The position numbers and the translations under genes are program-made. A DNA stretch of 64,000 nucleotides from Bacillota bacterium (GTDB lineage Bacteria; Bacillota; Clostridia; Christensenellales; CAG-138): contig JAEWYO010000036.1 of NCBI GenBank assembly GCA_023395595.1, positions 1,852-65,851 on the forward strand. The letters run 5' to 3'. This document shows, in pieces, positions 63,587 through 64,000 of this stretch. A model generated the notes under the pieces. That model saw only the letters and a program-made list of their open reading frames with translations, was not told the DNA's origin and searched no databases. How positions within the stretch are numbered: position 1 is the first letter of the stretch; the number at the start of each line of letters is the position of its first letter.

Positions 63587-64000
63587 TTACTTCGTTGTCC
63601 CCTGTTTCTGTATGTCTTCCCTTCGCTTACGTGCCAGGCATTTGGCGCCATAGGCCAGCAGCATGCCGCCCGAAGCACCGAAAAAGTCGATCCAAACATC
63701 CTGCACCTGGCTTGTTCTGCCGGTGAAGATTTGAATCGTCTCATCGATCACCGCGGTAAGCAGCACGGTGAAGAGCAGCAGCCAAACGTTCACCTGCTTC
63801 ATCGACGCCGTCACCCAAACGAGCAGCGCGCCGAGAATCGCATACTCGATGCAATGCGCGGCTTTTCGCACATCGTAATCAAACGCCTTTGCCGGTATCT
63901 TCCCCTGCGGGTCGAGAATCGGCTTGAGCCAGTGCTCCACCCAGCCGCTGAACGCGTTGGACTGTTTGCTCCCCGCGAGCGAATTGGACCAGATGAACAC
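63587..64000 (-). CDS. VanZ family membrane protein, 5' end beyond the window edge
   Basis: VRKAAHCIEYAILGA and DETIQIFTGRTSQVQDVWIDFFG motifs are present. The frame is open to the last base of the window. Confidence 0.75.
   Translation of the reverse strand: MFIWSNSLAGSKQSNAFSGWVEHWLKPILDPQGKIPAKAFDYDVRKAAHCIEYAILGALLVWVTASMKQVNVWLLLFTVLLTAVIDETIQIFTGRTSQVQDVWIDFFGASGGMLLAYGAKCLARKRREDIQKQGTTK

Overview
This is a GC-rich chromosomal window (judged by eye, not computed) with roughly 55 protein-coding genes. I found no rRNA or tRNA genes, no CRISPR array, and no transposase or integrase. The gene content includes Rex, an iron-type alcohol dehydrogenase, DegV, ApbE, a desulfoferrodoxin-like domain and a two-subunit Fe-S fumarate hydratase. 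Together with the GGAGG-type ribosome binding sites and frequent ATGA/TGATG translational coupling, this points to a strictly anaerobic Firmicute (Clostridia-like). The species cannot be named from the sequence alone. Recognisable housekeeping genes are uvdE (5' partial), purA, purB, pfkA, galM, corA, rex plus a Fe-ADH, a zur-znuABC-type zinc uptake operon, an rlmI-like methyltransferase, fumarate hydratase alpha/beta, and an MBOAT plus SGNH O-acyltransferase pair. The most unusual content is as follows. (1) A 7-gene minus-strand operon (38346-45497) combines FdrA/DUF1116/DUF2877 with a thiolase-like/DUF35 pair, a metal-dependent cyclase-family hydrolase and an unknown protein. It lies upstream of a nucleobase permease and is separated from it by a ~770-nt noncoding gap. 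(2) A 1553-aa fusion protein (HD, helical region, NadD-like nucleotidyltransferase, PRT-like segment) is translationally coupled to a divergent LDH/MDH-like dehydrogenase and a flavodoxin-like protein (11265-18210). (3) A staphyloxanthin-like gene set (two CrtI-family enzymes, a CrtQ-like GT2, a CrtO-like acyltransferase) sits with a TspO-like protein and UvdE, but no synthase is in view (1248-7150). (4) An HTH-desulfoferrodoxin fusion regulator lies next to a membrane polyferredoxin with two flavinylation-motif FMN-binding domains and a leaderless ApbE (22134-25497). (5) An orphan three-gene phage tail-fibre cassette is present (33995-36072). (6) Short tandem duplications recur in this window. 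Some copy the exact 3' terminus of a gene (38-bp and 43-bp units) and others duplicate the region just upstream of a start codon (75-bp and 63-bp units). All functional calls come from motif recognition by eye and memory of protein families. No database search was run.
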